Position numbers and translations under genes: made by a program
Source of the DNA: an uncultured archaeon
Lineage (GTDB): Archaea > Asgardarchaeota > Jordiarchaeia > Jordiarchaeales > Jordiarchaeaceae
Assembly (NCBI GenBank): GCA_964510585.1
Contig: CAZECW010000003.1
Location: forward strand, 1 to 32,000
DNA length: 32,000 bases
Direction of reading: 5' to 3'
Notes under the pieces: generated by a model
Told to the model about the DNA's origin: nothing
Seen by the model: the letters and a program-made list of their open reading frames with translations, nothing else
Database searches by the model: none
Shown here: positions 23,493 to 32,000 of the stretch, in pieces
How the letters are laid out: every line of letters starts with the position of its first letter
Numbering within the stretch: the first letter of the stretch is position 1

Positions 23493-24686
23493 TTAGATCC
23501 AGTCTCCAGTTGAGAGTTTTTGGGGCAGGTAGGTTTCAGTTAGGTACTCGAATCCGTGGCTGCTTAGAGCTTGGATTTCCGCTTTTCTTTTAAGTTCTAT
23601 CATTAGTTTGAGGTCGTTGGCCCACTCCTCATTCTTTTGAACGAAGGGTTCCTTCAGCATCTCCTTGGCGCGCTTAATGTCTTTGTCCGTCATCTTAAGC
23701 CAGCACTCCTTAGGAATCTTATACTTGTCTAGGTCTCTACTTAAGACTCCCAGAAGCTTTAATTCGGGGGTTGCTAGAAACGGAGACTCGTAGCTGAGGC
23801 GCTTGCTGCCTCTAAGGTAGACGCTGTAGATGTAGGAACCGTAGGGGTCACTATCCATCAGGGCGAATGCAGGAATCTTTAGTGTTTTAACTATTTTTCT
23901 CAGGAAGCTTCTCGTAGCTATATCCGCGGAGCCCTTGCCAGTAATTATGATGCAGGGATACTGGTTCCACCACTTTGCTTCACTGAGTCGAATTAGAGCT
24001 GCGTCCTTCTCCACCACCAGAATAAATTCCGCATCACTTTCCACGATTTCGATTTTATCAAGGAAGGGTGTGATGGACCAGCCACCGCTTCCCAATTTTG
24101 TGAGATCTATTGTATCACCACTATCCCTTATGACTAGCCTGCCAATAGCCATACCTTTCGCGCTTGCCACTATGTGAGTGGAGTCACGAGTTGTGTTGAG
24201 CAGTGGTGGAATATCATCTATTATTTTGTCACTATTAATTTGATCCTTGAAGAGGTTAACATCGTTGTAGAAGATTTCACGCTTCGTGGCATGAATATCC
24301 TTTTCCAACAGAGTGTGTATTAGTTCCAGCACTCTCATGGTTCTTGCCATATCAGAAGATGTAGCTAGGCTTAAAAGGGCTCTGGCGCTTTTACCCTCTC
24401 CCAAAAGCAACAGGTCGCTATCCTCATCATAAATTATGTTGTCTCCCCCCCTCTGGGGAATGTAGATTACTGGGGGCTCCCCTTCCTCCAATTGCAAAAG
24501 TAGCTGGCGTGCTGCTTCATGAATTTTTTGATGAACCTTATCCGTGGGTAGCTCTTCCACAATCACCGCCCTGCTGGGCGGCTTAAACTTAGGTTTGCCC
24601 TTGTGCCTCATTTTTTCCTTCAACTCAATCACTTTTGCCAGATTCACCGAAGTTTTTGGTTGTTTGACAACTTTCTCCTTCGGCAA
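23493..24686 (-). CDS. top6A: DNA topoisomerase VI subunit A (Spo11 family)
   Basis: TKREIFY catalytic Tyr motif, TOPRIM VVEKDA, GKG, DSDPYG, KAEIQAL. TTG start with GGAGG RBS. Confidence 0.95.
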   Translation of the reverse strand: MPKEKVVKQPKTSVNLAKVIELKEKMRHKGKPKFKPPSRAVIVEELPTDKVHQKIHEAARQLLLQLEEGEPPVIYIPQRGGDNIIYDEDSDLLLLGEGKSARALLSLATSSDMARTMRVLELIHTLLEKDIHATKREIFYNDVNLFKDQINSDKIIDDIPPLLNTTRDSTHIVASAKGMAIGRLVIRDSGDTIDLTKLGSGGWSITPFLDKIEIVESDAEFILVVEKDAALIRLSEAKWWNQYPCIIITGKGSADIATRSFLRKIVKTLKIPAFALMDSDPYGSYIYSVYLRGSKRLSYESPFLATPELKLLGVLSRDLDKYKIPKECWLKMTDKDIKRAKEMLKEPFVQKNEEWANDLKLMIELKRKAEIQALSSHGFEYLTETYLPQKLSTGDWI

Positions 24687-24708
24687 CTATTTTTCCCTCC
24701 TCGCTGCC

Positions 24709-26679
24709 TTAAGTTTTAGCCATCTGGGTTAAACTCTCGGTTGGAATGGTTTCAGGCACAGCTTCAGGCTTAGCTTCAGGCTTGGTTTCAAGTTTGGTTT
24801 CGAGTTTAGGTATACTTTTGTCTAAGGTCTCAGTTTTTATTTTTTCTCCGGACCTTTTTGTTTTTGTTTTAGGTTTGTGTTGTTTTCTTTCTTGTTGTAT
24901 TGTTTTTCTTTCGGTTGAGAGTATCATTTCTTCAATATTTTTGTATAGTTCTTCATATGTAGGTTTGACCTTTAGTTCAGAGTCGGTTTCCTCTATTGTT
25001 GCTAGAGACTTGGCAAAAACTTTGGCGTGCTCTAGTAGTGTTTGTGCCCTTTGCCTTTTTCTGGTCTCAATTTCTCCCTTCACTATGTGTGCCTTTAGTT
25101 TTCTTCCCAGCTCTTCTAGAGCCAGCTTGATTTCTTTAACCAGAATATCGTCTGCGGCTAGAGCTTGTTTGCTTTGGGCCTTGAACATTACGTGGACGAA
25201 GGGTCCGCTTACGTTAACAAAGAGCTTCACGGGGCCCTTGGGCAGCCCGTTATCTCCTCTATCTATCTTGTAGTTTTTCCAGTTTACGCTACTAGCGGCC
25301 TTCCATATTGCGCAGTCCGAGTTGTCTCTAAGTTTTGGTGTGCGGTTCGTGAATCTATATAAAACGCCGCTTCCTGAATCGTTTAGTGCGGGATTATTTG
25401 GGTCGTAGGCGATTGCGGCCTCCACTACGAAGGCTAAGCCTTTACTACTTGTAGGGGGACGGGTGGTGGCCTCCACAAACTCCGCGTTAAAATGTTTCTT
25501 TATAACCTCTTGGAGCACCTCTTTTCCAACGGGGACAACAGTGTCCACGGGGGGTGAGGGATATTTCATACTTATGAAGGCCTTGTAAAGTGCATTTATT
25601 TGTTCATCACTGAGCTTCTTTACCTGTGTGTTGGGGCTCAACTTGTACCTGAGGTCTTTATTAGCATTTTCAATTATGTCCTTTGCCCTCTTACTACCTA
25701 TTCTGCAGAAGGATTTTGTGAGAAAGTCAATTAGTTTGTTGTGCTTTGTGTTTCTAATCAAATCTTGAAAGTCACCTATGCTGGTGGACTCCGGGTGGGG
25801 TTCTGTGTATACAGGCTCTGGGGGAAACTGGTTTACGCGTCTGGGGTAAATGGCCACATCGCCATTTGGATCCACAAAAATGATTGTTACATGGCTGTTT
25901 AGAAGCGCGGTTTGGCGTACGTACTCATCAGCATAGCTTCTAACATATTTTACATTGAGATAGGAGAGTTGCACATAGGTTCCATGCTTAAAAGGAACTT
26001 GGATACCCGTGGGTGGAACACTATACTTTTTAGTGTTTTCTCCAGTAGTGTAAAAAACTGAGGTTTCGCCCCTCCTCTCCTTAATGTGTTTGCTAACCAC
26101 GATGATGGGTTTGCCCGTGGTGTTTTGGGCATCGCTAAAAGCACTGGGTGCTCCAAAGCCTTGGCTGCCTCTAGTCTGCTTCAACTTTTCAGCCTTACTA
26201 GAGGCTAAATATATTCCATACTTTTCAAGATCCACGGGCCGCATTCCAACGCCATTGTCGAAGGCTTCAAAAGAATACATTTCAATGTCGCTGCCCTGAA
26301 TATCGTCGGGCAAAATTTCGGGTTTTTCAACCCTCTGAATTATAATGAGGGCGAGTGGCTCATCATTTATTATGGTTTTTAGAGGTTCAAGCAACTCCTT
26401 TAACCTAGCAGAAATATCTGTGACCTTAACGCGAGCCCCATTCAGGTTTAGAGGTTTAACACTATATTCTATTTGGGGGCTTTGCGGTCTCAAATTATTG
26501 AAGGCCTTGTATTTCCAATGGGCTGTTTCAATCGCATCAAGGGCATTGTCCAAAAATTCCGCCACGTATTGGGTGTGCTTGTGCCTCTCTATAGAGAAAC
26601 CCACTAGTTGGGTTCTTTTCCTCATGAATTGGGCAATGCTTCCTTCCTTTATGACACCTTTTGAAGAGGAATCCGTCAT
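24709..26679 (-). CDS. top6B: DNA topoisomerase VI subunit B
   Basis: GHKL motifs EFLDNALDA, DNGVGM, QTRGSQGFG, HGT. H2TH region RIGSKRA, transducer RFTNRTP and SKQALA. Co-oriented with top6A. Confidence 0.93.
   Translation of the reverse strand: MTDSSSKGVIKEGSIAQFMRKRTQLVGFSIERHKHTQYVAEFLDNALDAIETAHWKYKAFNNLRPQSPQIEYSVKPLNLNGARVKVTDISARLKELLEPLKTIINDEPLALIIIQRVEKPEILPDDIQGSDIEMYSFEAFDNGVGMRPVDLEKYGIYLASSKAEKLKQTRGSQGFGAPSAFSDAQNTTGKPIIVVSKHIKERRGETSVFYTTGENTKKYSVPPTGIQVPFKHGTYVQLSYLNVKYVRSYADEYVRQTALLNSHVTIIFVDPNGDVAIYPRRVNQFPPEPVYTEPHPESTSIGDFQDLIRNTKHNKLIDFLTKSFCRIGSKRAKDIIENANKDLRYKLSPNTQVKKLSDEQINALYKAFISMKYPSPPVDTVVPVGKEVLQEVIKKHFNAEFVEATTRPPTSSKGLAFVVEAAIAYDPNNPALNDSGSGVLYRFTNRTPKLRDNSDCAIWKAASSVNWKNYKIDRGDNGLPKGPVKLFVNVSGPFVHVMFKAQSKQALAADDILVKEIKLALEELGRKLKAHIVKGEIETRKRQRAQTLLEHAKVFAKSLATIEETDSELKVKPTYEELYKNIEEMILSTERKTIQQERKQHKPKTKTKRSGEKIKTETLDKSIPKLETKLETKPEAKPEAVPETIPTESLTQMAKT
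24749..24808. repeat. Degenerate 5 x 12-bp tandem repeat in the top6B C-terminal tail
   Basis: gtttcaggcaca/gcttcaggctta/gcttcaggcttg/gtttcaagtttg/gtttcgagttta, encoding KLET-KLET-KPEA-KPEA-VPET. Confidence 0.75.
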
Positions 26680-26736
26680 TCAATTTTCATCCCCAGTGAT
26701 TTTACAGGTTTAAGGCAAATGCAGCGTCATTCCTAA

Positions 26737-26777
26737 CATAATAAACCCATTTTAATATAAAAAGGGTTTGTATTATG
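26737..26777 (-). promoter_or_regulatory. top6B promoter (AAACCC-TTTTTATA) embedded in an imperfect inverted repeat
   Basis: CATAATAAACCC-A-TTTT-AATAT-AAAA-A-GGGTTT-GT-ATTATG. Confidence 0.5.
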
Positions 26778-27175
26778 CGAATTTTACAATAAATATGCCT
26801 AGTGATTGATAAGTTCACAAACTTAAAAACATTTTTACAAATTTTCGCCTTCAAATCAGTAACACTCTCAATACTGCTTTGCCCCCACGCACAATCCTAC
26901 ATCAGCCGCTAAACAAAATAAAAGATACCAACACTTATTAATTTAACCTATAAAAAACAAAGTAACCCCTTTAACTCACCAAAATTTAAAATAAAAAACA
27001 AATTAAATAAAATAATAAATAAACATAAAAACAAATTATTAACAAAAATTCCCCTTGAAAAAGAATTTAAACCCCAGAAAAGTCCCACCCAAACAGAAAT
27101 CACCATAACATGTCAAAAAATAGAAGGTTTCAATAATAAATTATTTAACCAAAAAAAGGGTGCCTACTCGTTACC

Positions 27176-28396
27176 TCACTTTTTGAAAACGTCATCCAGC
27201 CAATCAAATATAACCTGGTACATTAGGCTCCTATTATTAACTTGACAGTGCCCATCGGCGCCCTCCTCCGCTGTGAAAACTCGAAGAATCTTCGGACACA
27301 AAAGTCTCTCATGAAACTCTCTTGCCTGTTTCACCGCTTCCCCTCCCTCCCCCACACTAACCAAACTAAGAGTAGGACACTTAATTCTGCCCTCCAATCC
27401 CTCAATGGTGAACTTTTCTATCCTCTCAAAGAATTCCCAGGGAGTGTTAGCTCCCATAGGGCGGAGAAAATTTTCTACAGTCGCCCGAAACATGGGGTTT
27501 TTGCTAGCTACCCCCTGAATGAGTTCGTTCAACTCGGAAGGCGAAAATTTTTCTATGGAGAAAGGTAGCGCCCCCAAAACCAAGCGGCGAAAATTAACTA
27601 TGGGCGCATTAGCTATCAATGCTCTAATACGCTTCTCAAACGCAGCCGCCCTTGGAGCAAGATAACCCCCAAAGCTAAAACCAATCAGCGCCAAACGATT
27701 ACCATCTATCTCTGGCCTACTCAGGGAATAATCTACCACAGCCCCCACAGGCTTTTCATAATCCGGCCTAAAAACCAGACTGGGATCTCTGTGTAAAACT
27801 CCCCGCTGCCCTGGGCCCTCAAAAATTAAAGCATTGTAACCTCTCTGCTGGGCTGCGGCTCCAATGAAGAAGTAAAGTTCCTCCCCTGTGCTATCATATC
27901 CTCCCATAACAATGAGTGTGGGACGCTTACCACCGCCACCAGTAGTGAGGAAGTAGCCAGGTAACTTTCTGTCCTCAAATGGAATCTCCAGAACTTCTAT
28001 GGGTGGTTCGAATAAAGGTGCAGCGCGTTGAAAACAGGATTTGCTCTTTTCCCACAATTCTTGGTGCTGCTTAGTGTTCCAAGGAGCATAAAACTCAGCA
28101 GCCCTATAGTAGTTGGATGCCCGCAGAAAATTGTTCCTAGCACTAAAACGGCGCCCCTGTGCTAGAGCCTCTTCACCCCAACCCTCAACACGAGCTGCAA
28201 CCTCGCTCCACGCCCTAACCCAACTCTCGGGATCCCCATCATTTGTATGTTCCGCGGCGTAAAAGCATTCGCCGAACTCCGCGCCCCCAAAAGGGTGTGT
28301 TAAGGCTCGGATGAACTGGAAATTCATTTCCGGACTCTTGAAGGGTAGTTTTTCAGAAGCCATCGAAATAACTTTAACACCTTCCACCACAACCAT
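27176..28396 (-). CDS. Alpha/beta-hydrolase (2,6-dihydropseudooxynicotine hydrolase/FrsA-like); alternative start ATG 28363
   Basis: RASNYYRAAEF, IPFE...LPGYF, GGYDS..EE, EGPGQ, nucleophile GFSFGG, E.GADGHCQ. Confidence 0.88.
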   Translation of the reverse strand: MVVVEGVKVISMASEKLPFKSPEMNFQFIRALTHPFGGAEFGECFYAAEHTNDGDPESWVRAWSEVAARVEGWGEEALAQGRRFSARNNFLRASNYYRAAEFYAPWNTKQHQELWEKSKSCFQRAAPLFEPPIEVLEIPFEDRKLPGYFLTTGGGGKRPTLIVMGGYDSTGEELYFFIGAAAQQRGYNALIFEGPGQRGVLHRDPSLVFRPDYEKPVGAVVDYSLSRPEIDGNRLALIGFSFGGYLAPRAAAFEKRIRALIANAPIVNFRRLVLGALPFSIEKFSPSELNELIQGVASKNPMFRATVENFLRPMGANTPWEFFERIEKFTIEGLEGRIKCPTLSLVSVGEGGEAVKQAREFHERLLCPKILRVFTAEEGADGHCQVNNRSLMYQVIFDWLDDVFKK

Positions 28397-28615
28397 CTCC
28401 CATCATTACCCACATATGATAAAGATTTTTCAGCCCGCAAATATTTTTGTTTTTACAAAACTTTTATGGGTGTTGCATACTTCTTATTTTTTTAATTTTT
28501 TATGGTTTTTGGTGGATCTTTTGCAGCTTTACAGTGTTATTTTGAAAAGTTTTCAGCACACCAAATAAACAGGTTAGAAAAAGTAAAATATACAACATGA
28601 CACCACATCAAAAAA

Positions 28616-29437
28616 TTATTGAATTAGTTGGGTCATTATCATAGCCACTCCCAATACAATAAATATTATTCCCACGATTTTTGCCAGGGTTTCCTCCGTA
28701 GCCCTATTAGCGTAGATGGCGCCCACCCTGCCGCCAAGGATTGTGCCCACTCCCACGATAACTGCAATTATGAGATTTATGTTTCCATTAAGACTGTATC
28801 CTATGGCTCCGGAGGCTGCCGTTATAGCCATAATTAGGGTTGAGGTTCCTATCGCCTTATGTATGGGGTATTTTAGAACAAAAATTAGGACTAGGAGAAA
28901 CATTACTCCCCCACCTGCTCCCAGAATCCCGCTCACTATACCAATTATGAAACCTATGAGAAGAGTAACTGCAATTTTCTTTTTCTCTAATGAAACAATA
29001 ACCTCCACGGAGGTTTCGCCTTCACTTTTTATTTTTCCCGAAGCTCCCGAAAAAAGTCTCAGCCTCTTCCTTACCTCTCTTCTCCATAAGCCGACCCCGC
29101 TAAGGATGAGAAATATTGAAAAAACACCGCCCAGCTCAAACTCTGGAATGTTAGCCGCAATAATGCTACCTAACTGTGCACCAAGCACTGCCCCCAAAGC
29201 CAGCCAAACGCCAGATTTCAAATCCACATTTTTATTCCGGTAATATGTGTAAGAAACCACTATTGATGCAATCACATCAACCGCAAGGCTGGTGCCAATT
29301 GCCACATGAACAGGCAAGTCCAAGGTCATAGTTAGTGCAGGAACCACAATAAGTACACCACTCGCACCCATCAAGCCAGTAACGGCACCCGAGCAAAGAC
29401 CTATCAGCACCGAGATGAGAATCGACAGCCAGTCCAT
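28616..29437 (-). CDS. TauE/SafE family (sulfite exporter-like) membrane protein
   Basis: Duplicated G...GL.GASG.LIVVP / G..SGILGAGGG motifs, each followed by AIGTSL/AIGTST; about 8 TM helices. Confidence 0.9.
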   Translation of the reverse strand: MDWLSILISVLIGLCSGAVTGLMGASGVLIVVPALTMTLDLPVHVAIGTSLAVDVIASIVVSYTYYRNKNVDLKSGVWLALGAVLGAQLGSIIAANIPEFELGGVFSIFLILSGVGLWRREVRKRLRLFSGASGKIKSEGETSVEVIVSLEKKKIAVTLLIGFIIGIVSGILGAGGGVMFLLVLIFVLKYPIHKAIGTSTLIMAITAASGAIGYSLNGNINLIIAVIVGVGTILGGRVGAIYANRATEETLAKIVGIIFIVLGVAMIMTQLIQ

Positions 29438-29715
29438 GAACCTCACCGAAAACACTTCAAGCATTAAAAAACTAACTTGTTAACTCTCTAAATCAGGCAT
29501 TTTTCTATAAAATTGTTTCGTCTAGAAAATATTTTCAAATTATAAACAAAATTTAAGTGATTAAAAATACTAAAAAATAAAATCGACGACCTTTTTGACA
29601 CGTATTATTCAACTTAATTGTTCTTTTTATTCACTTCGATTTATTGGACTTTCCTCATCTTTCCTCACAATATCCCTCTTTTCCCCAATTTTCATTTTCT
29701 ATTTAACGCATCTGT

Positions 29716-30465
29716 TCACCCATAAATTTGCGTCATACGGAATAAATGAGCCAAAAGGGAAAAGTCAGCTGAGAGTACCAGATAGGGAATGATATATAAC
29801 ACTGGGCTAATAATGCCAGTCAAGAAAAGTAAGCCACCCACTATTAGCGCAATGGATGTACTGCGAGCTTTATCGGGATCATAGGTGACCCATTCTGCGG
29901 ATCTGAGGGAAAATGCAAAGAGTATAAGAGTCGCTAGGAGAATGATGCTTGAAAAAACGGTGGGTTGAGCCATAAGTAAACCTATATTAGTGCTAAATGG
30001 GGCGCCGATTTGAGCGAAATAAATCATCAGGAGTCCAATGTTAACAGCAAACCCCTTTAAGCCTGTCAAACTTGAAAACATAACAAGTGAAATGATTAAA
30101 GCACTAAACAAACCCAAAATCAATGCAACCCTGAGTATTCTGAGTGGTTCCAACCTATAAAAACCATATAGGCCTATACCAACTAAGACAATGGCGGCAG
30201 CAATCAAAAAATAGTGAATTCCACCTATTATTATGATACGGTTCGATCCCAAGTATAATTGATAGAAGGGGTAAAAAATAACAAGGGGGCTCCTCTCAAC
30301 TGGGGGAAGATGGGGAGGCTCTGGAATAAAAAAGGTCACAACTTGCACCATAAAATAGTCACCAAGATTAAGCAAATCATAGAGAGCCCAAACCCAGAAA
30401 AAACCACTGATAGCGCCTATAATCCCCACAAAACTTCCAAAGACACCCAATCCTAATTTATCCAA
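29716..30465 (-). CDS. Uncharacterised polytopic membrane protein (~6-7 TM)
   Basis: GGAGGAG RBS 5 nt before TTG 30465. Alternating hydrophobic segments; no recognised motif. Confidence 0.7.
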   Translation of the reverse strand: MDKLGLGVFGSFVGIIGAISGFFWVWALYDLLNLGDYFMVQVVTFFIPEPPHLPPVERSPLVIFYPFYQLYLGSNRIIIIGGIHYFLIAAAIVLVGIGLYGFYRLEPLRILRVALILGLFSALIISLVMFSSLTGLKGFAVNIGLLMIYFAQIGAPFSTNIGLLMAQPTVFSSIILLATLILFAFSLRSAEWVTYDPDKARSTSIALIVGGLLFLTGIISPVLYIIPYLVLSADFSLLAHLFRMTQIYG

Positions 30466-30609
30466 TCTCTCTCCTCCAGCCAATTGAAATATGTTCAACT
30501 TAAAAAAATAAAGAGATTGATTATAAATTAATTACGGTAGCAACTATTCCTTTTCTACCACTGCAATCTCAATTACAACTTAATCAACACTGTTATTCCC
30601 CCTTTTTTC

Positions 30610-31827
30610 TCAAATTTTAAACAAGTCCACTATGTCCAAAACTGGTATGCCCTCTTTTTCTGCCACTAAGCGCAGGTTGTTCTCACAGAAGGGGCACACA
30701 GTCACAATATAATCTACTCCCACCTCTTTTGCGTCCTCCACCCTCACCCGCGCAATTTTTTCAGCGAGATTCGGGAACGCTGATTTTACCCCTCCACCCG
30801 CTCCACAGCACCAAGCAGCGGTTCGATTACGTTTCATCTCAATAAACTCTAAGCCGGGCACCTTTTTTATTATTTCGCGAGGCGGCTCATAAAAATCGCA
30901 GTGACGACCAAGGTGGCAAGGATCATGATAGGTTACTTTCCTATTTTTGAAATCCTCCCTAAATTCCAGCTTCCCCTCCGCCAGTAGTCGATTTAGAATT
31001 TCGGTTATGTGAACCACCTTGAAGGGCAACTCTTTTCCGTAAATATCGGGATAGTCTTTTTTGAGGGTCCGATAGCATCCTGCACAGTGAACAACCACCT
31101 CTTTTGCACCAGCGTCTTGTAACGCCTTTATATTATGTAAGGCAAGCTCCTCTGCCAGGCTACGCATACCCGTTCTAAGCGCTACTGAGCCGCAGCAGTA
31201 CTCTTCAGGATGTATCAAAGCAGGCCGCACCCCCGCAGAGAGCAGTAGCTTTATAGTTTTTCGGATGATTTCTGGTTGCCTGTAAGGTTCGGTGCACCCC
31301 ATAAAGAACACAAGCTCGCCCCTAGACGGCAAATCAACCCCCTCCGGCATCCAGACAATCCTATCCTTATGCAGTTCCATGTAGGGATTATGCTCCTTTT
31401 TGCACCACTCCAAAATTTCCCTGTGTCGAGTCATAGGCCCGTAACCCGCATCAACCAAGTCAGCCCTCAACGCCTCGTAAATCTTGGTGTGATCCAAATA
31501 TTTTCCTATGCTAAGGTTAATATTTGGATCCATAGATTGGTGGCATGTTGCGTGGCAGTCTCCACACGTAGTGCACTGGTATATAACGTTGGCTAATTCC
31601 TGGCTGAGCTTCAGTCTTCCCTCGATGAGCCCGCGCACTATCTGCATTTTTCCACGTGCAAAGAAGGGCTCGAAACCTGGAGTGTGTTCCAGCACTGGGC
31701 AAACCTTGTATCTGCCAACAGTGTATCTCACCGCAATGCGGCAGTCACCGCAGGCAATGCAGCCATATAAGATGTCTCCTAGTTTTTTGAGGTGTCTCAG
31801 TTTCCCGATTTCTTGAGTATTAGTCAT
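30610..31827 (-). CDS. HdrD/GlcF/GlpC-like Fe-S oxidoreductase (2x[4Fe-4S] plus two CCG domains)
   Basis: CIACGDC..CP, CTTCGDCHATC, FMGC, CCGS, HCAGC, YHDPCHLGR, CCGAGGG, VCPFC. Confidence 0.92.
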   Translation of the reverse strand: MTNTQEIGKLRHLKKLGDILYGCIACGDCRIAVRYTVGRYKVCPVLEHTPGFEPFFARGKMQIVRGLIEGRLKLSQELANVIYQCTTCGDCHATCHQSMDPNINLSIGKYLDHTKIYEALRADLVDAGYGPMTRHREILEWCKKEHNPYMELHKDRIVWMPEGVDLPSRGELVFFMGCTEPYRQPEIIRKTIKLLLSAGVRPALIHPEEYCCGSVALRTGMRSLAEELALHNIKALQDAGAKEVVVHCAGCYRTLKKDYPDIYGKELPFKVVHITEILNRLLAEGKLEFREDFKNRKVTYHDPCHLGRHCDFYEPPREIIKKVPGLEFIEMKRNRTAAWCCGAGGGVKSAFPNLAEKIARVRVEDAKEVGVDYIVTVCPFCENNLRLVAEKEGIPVLDIVDLFKI

Positions 31828-31828
31828 T

Positions 31829-31999
31829 TTACTCCTCCTCTGCGCTGTAGAAGTGGAATTTTCCCGGACTCAAAAGAAAATTGGGGTCAAGGGTTCTCTT
31901 CACATCTTTAAAGAATTTGGTAAACTTGGGTGGAAAGGCATTTGCCTCCATTATGGCTTGACTTATGACTTCTCCCAGCCAGTAGTGTACTCCACCATA
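31829..31999 (-). CDS. C-terminal end of a FAD-linked oxidase/dehydrogenase (GlcD/D-lactate dehydrogenase-like); 5' part lies outside the window and it is absent from the ORF track
   Basis: My translation: YGGVHYWLGEVISQAIMEANAFPPKFTKFFKDVKRTLDPNFLLSPGKFHFYSAEEE*. K..LDP..L.PGK is the FAD-oxidase C-terminal signature. The stop is 1 nt from the ATG of the Fe-S gene, and the EEE codons provide the RBS. Confidence 0.75.
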   Translation of the reverse strand, partial: YGGVHYWLGEVISQAIMEANAFPPKFTKFFKDVKRTLDPNFLLSPGKFHFYSAEEE

Positions 32000-32000
32000 T

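Noticed and set aside
1151-31816. Numerous 60-175 aa ORFs in the track lying antisense to or overlapping the long genes (e.g. 1151-1426, 4138-4422, 9295-9810, 10291-10773, 24746-25273, 28716-29243, 31276-31596)
   Set aside because: They are shadow frames of well-supported CDSs, with no motifs or RBS and Ser/Phe/Pro-biased antisense composition.
1-32000. CRISPR arrays, tRNA/rRNA genes, IS elements, integrases, selenocysteine recoding of the hydrogenase/Hdr genes
   Set aside because: No regularly spaced repeats, cloverleaf/T-loop motifs or transposase ORFs were seen. The metal-binding motifs that are present use ordinary Cys codons in uninterrupted frames.

Overview
Archaeal chromosomal window, most consistent with an anaerobic archaeon carrying the H4MPT pathway (Asgard- or Bathyarchaeia-like; lineage is inference only). 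Evidence: Top6A/Top6B, archaeal-type HflX, Mvh/HdrA, BRE-TATA promoters and GGAGG ribosome-binding sites with frequent TTG/GTG starts. It holds about 21 credible CDSs (two cut by the window edges), and I found no tRNA, rRNA, CRISPR array or mobile element. The most unusual locus is a divergon at about 3.9-11.3 kb. Rightward is an operon encoding a winged-HTH::HdrA::MvhD triple fusion, MvhG and MvhA, with no HdrBC; the HdrA has lost 3 of 4 Cys of one Fe-S motif. Leftward is an operon encoding a stand-alone uncharacterised domain and a paralogous copy of that domain fused to an MtdB-like NAD(P)-dependent methylene-H4MPT dehydrogenase. The intergenic region carries two perfect GACAA-N6-TTGTC palindromes. 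Together this suggests a possible self-regulating redox-sensing hydrogenase/C1 module. Other oddities are a PEPCK with an N-terminal degenerate P-loop domain, a Top6B with a large GHKL insertion under a palindromic promoter, and a window-wide 5'-GT to 3'-AC compositional gradient along transcription units.
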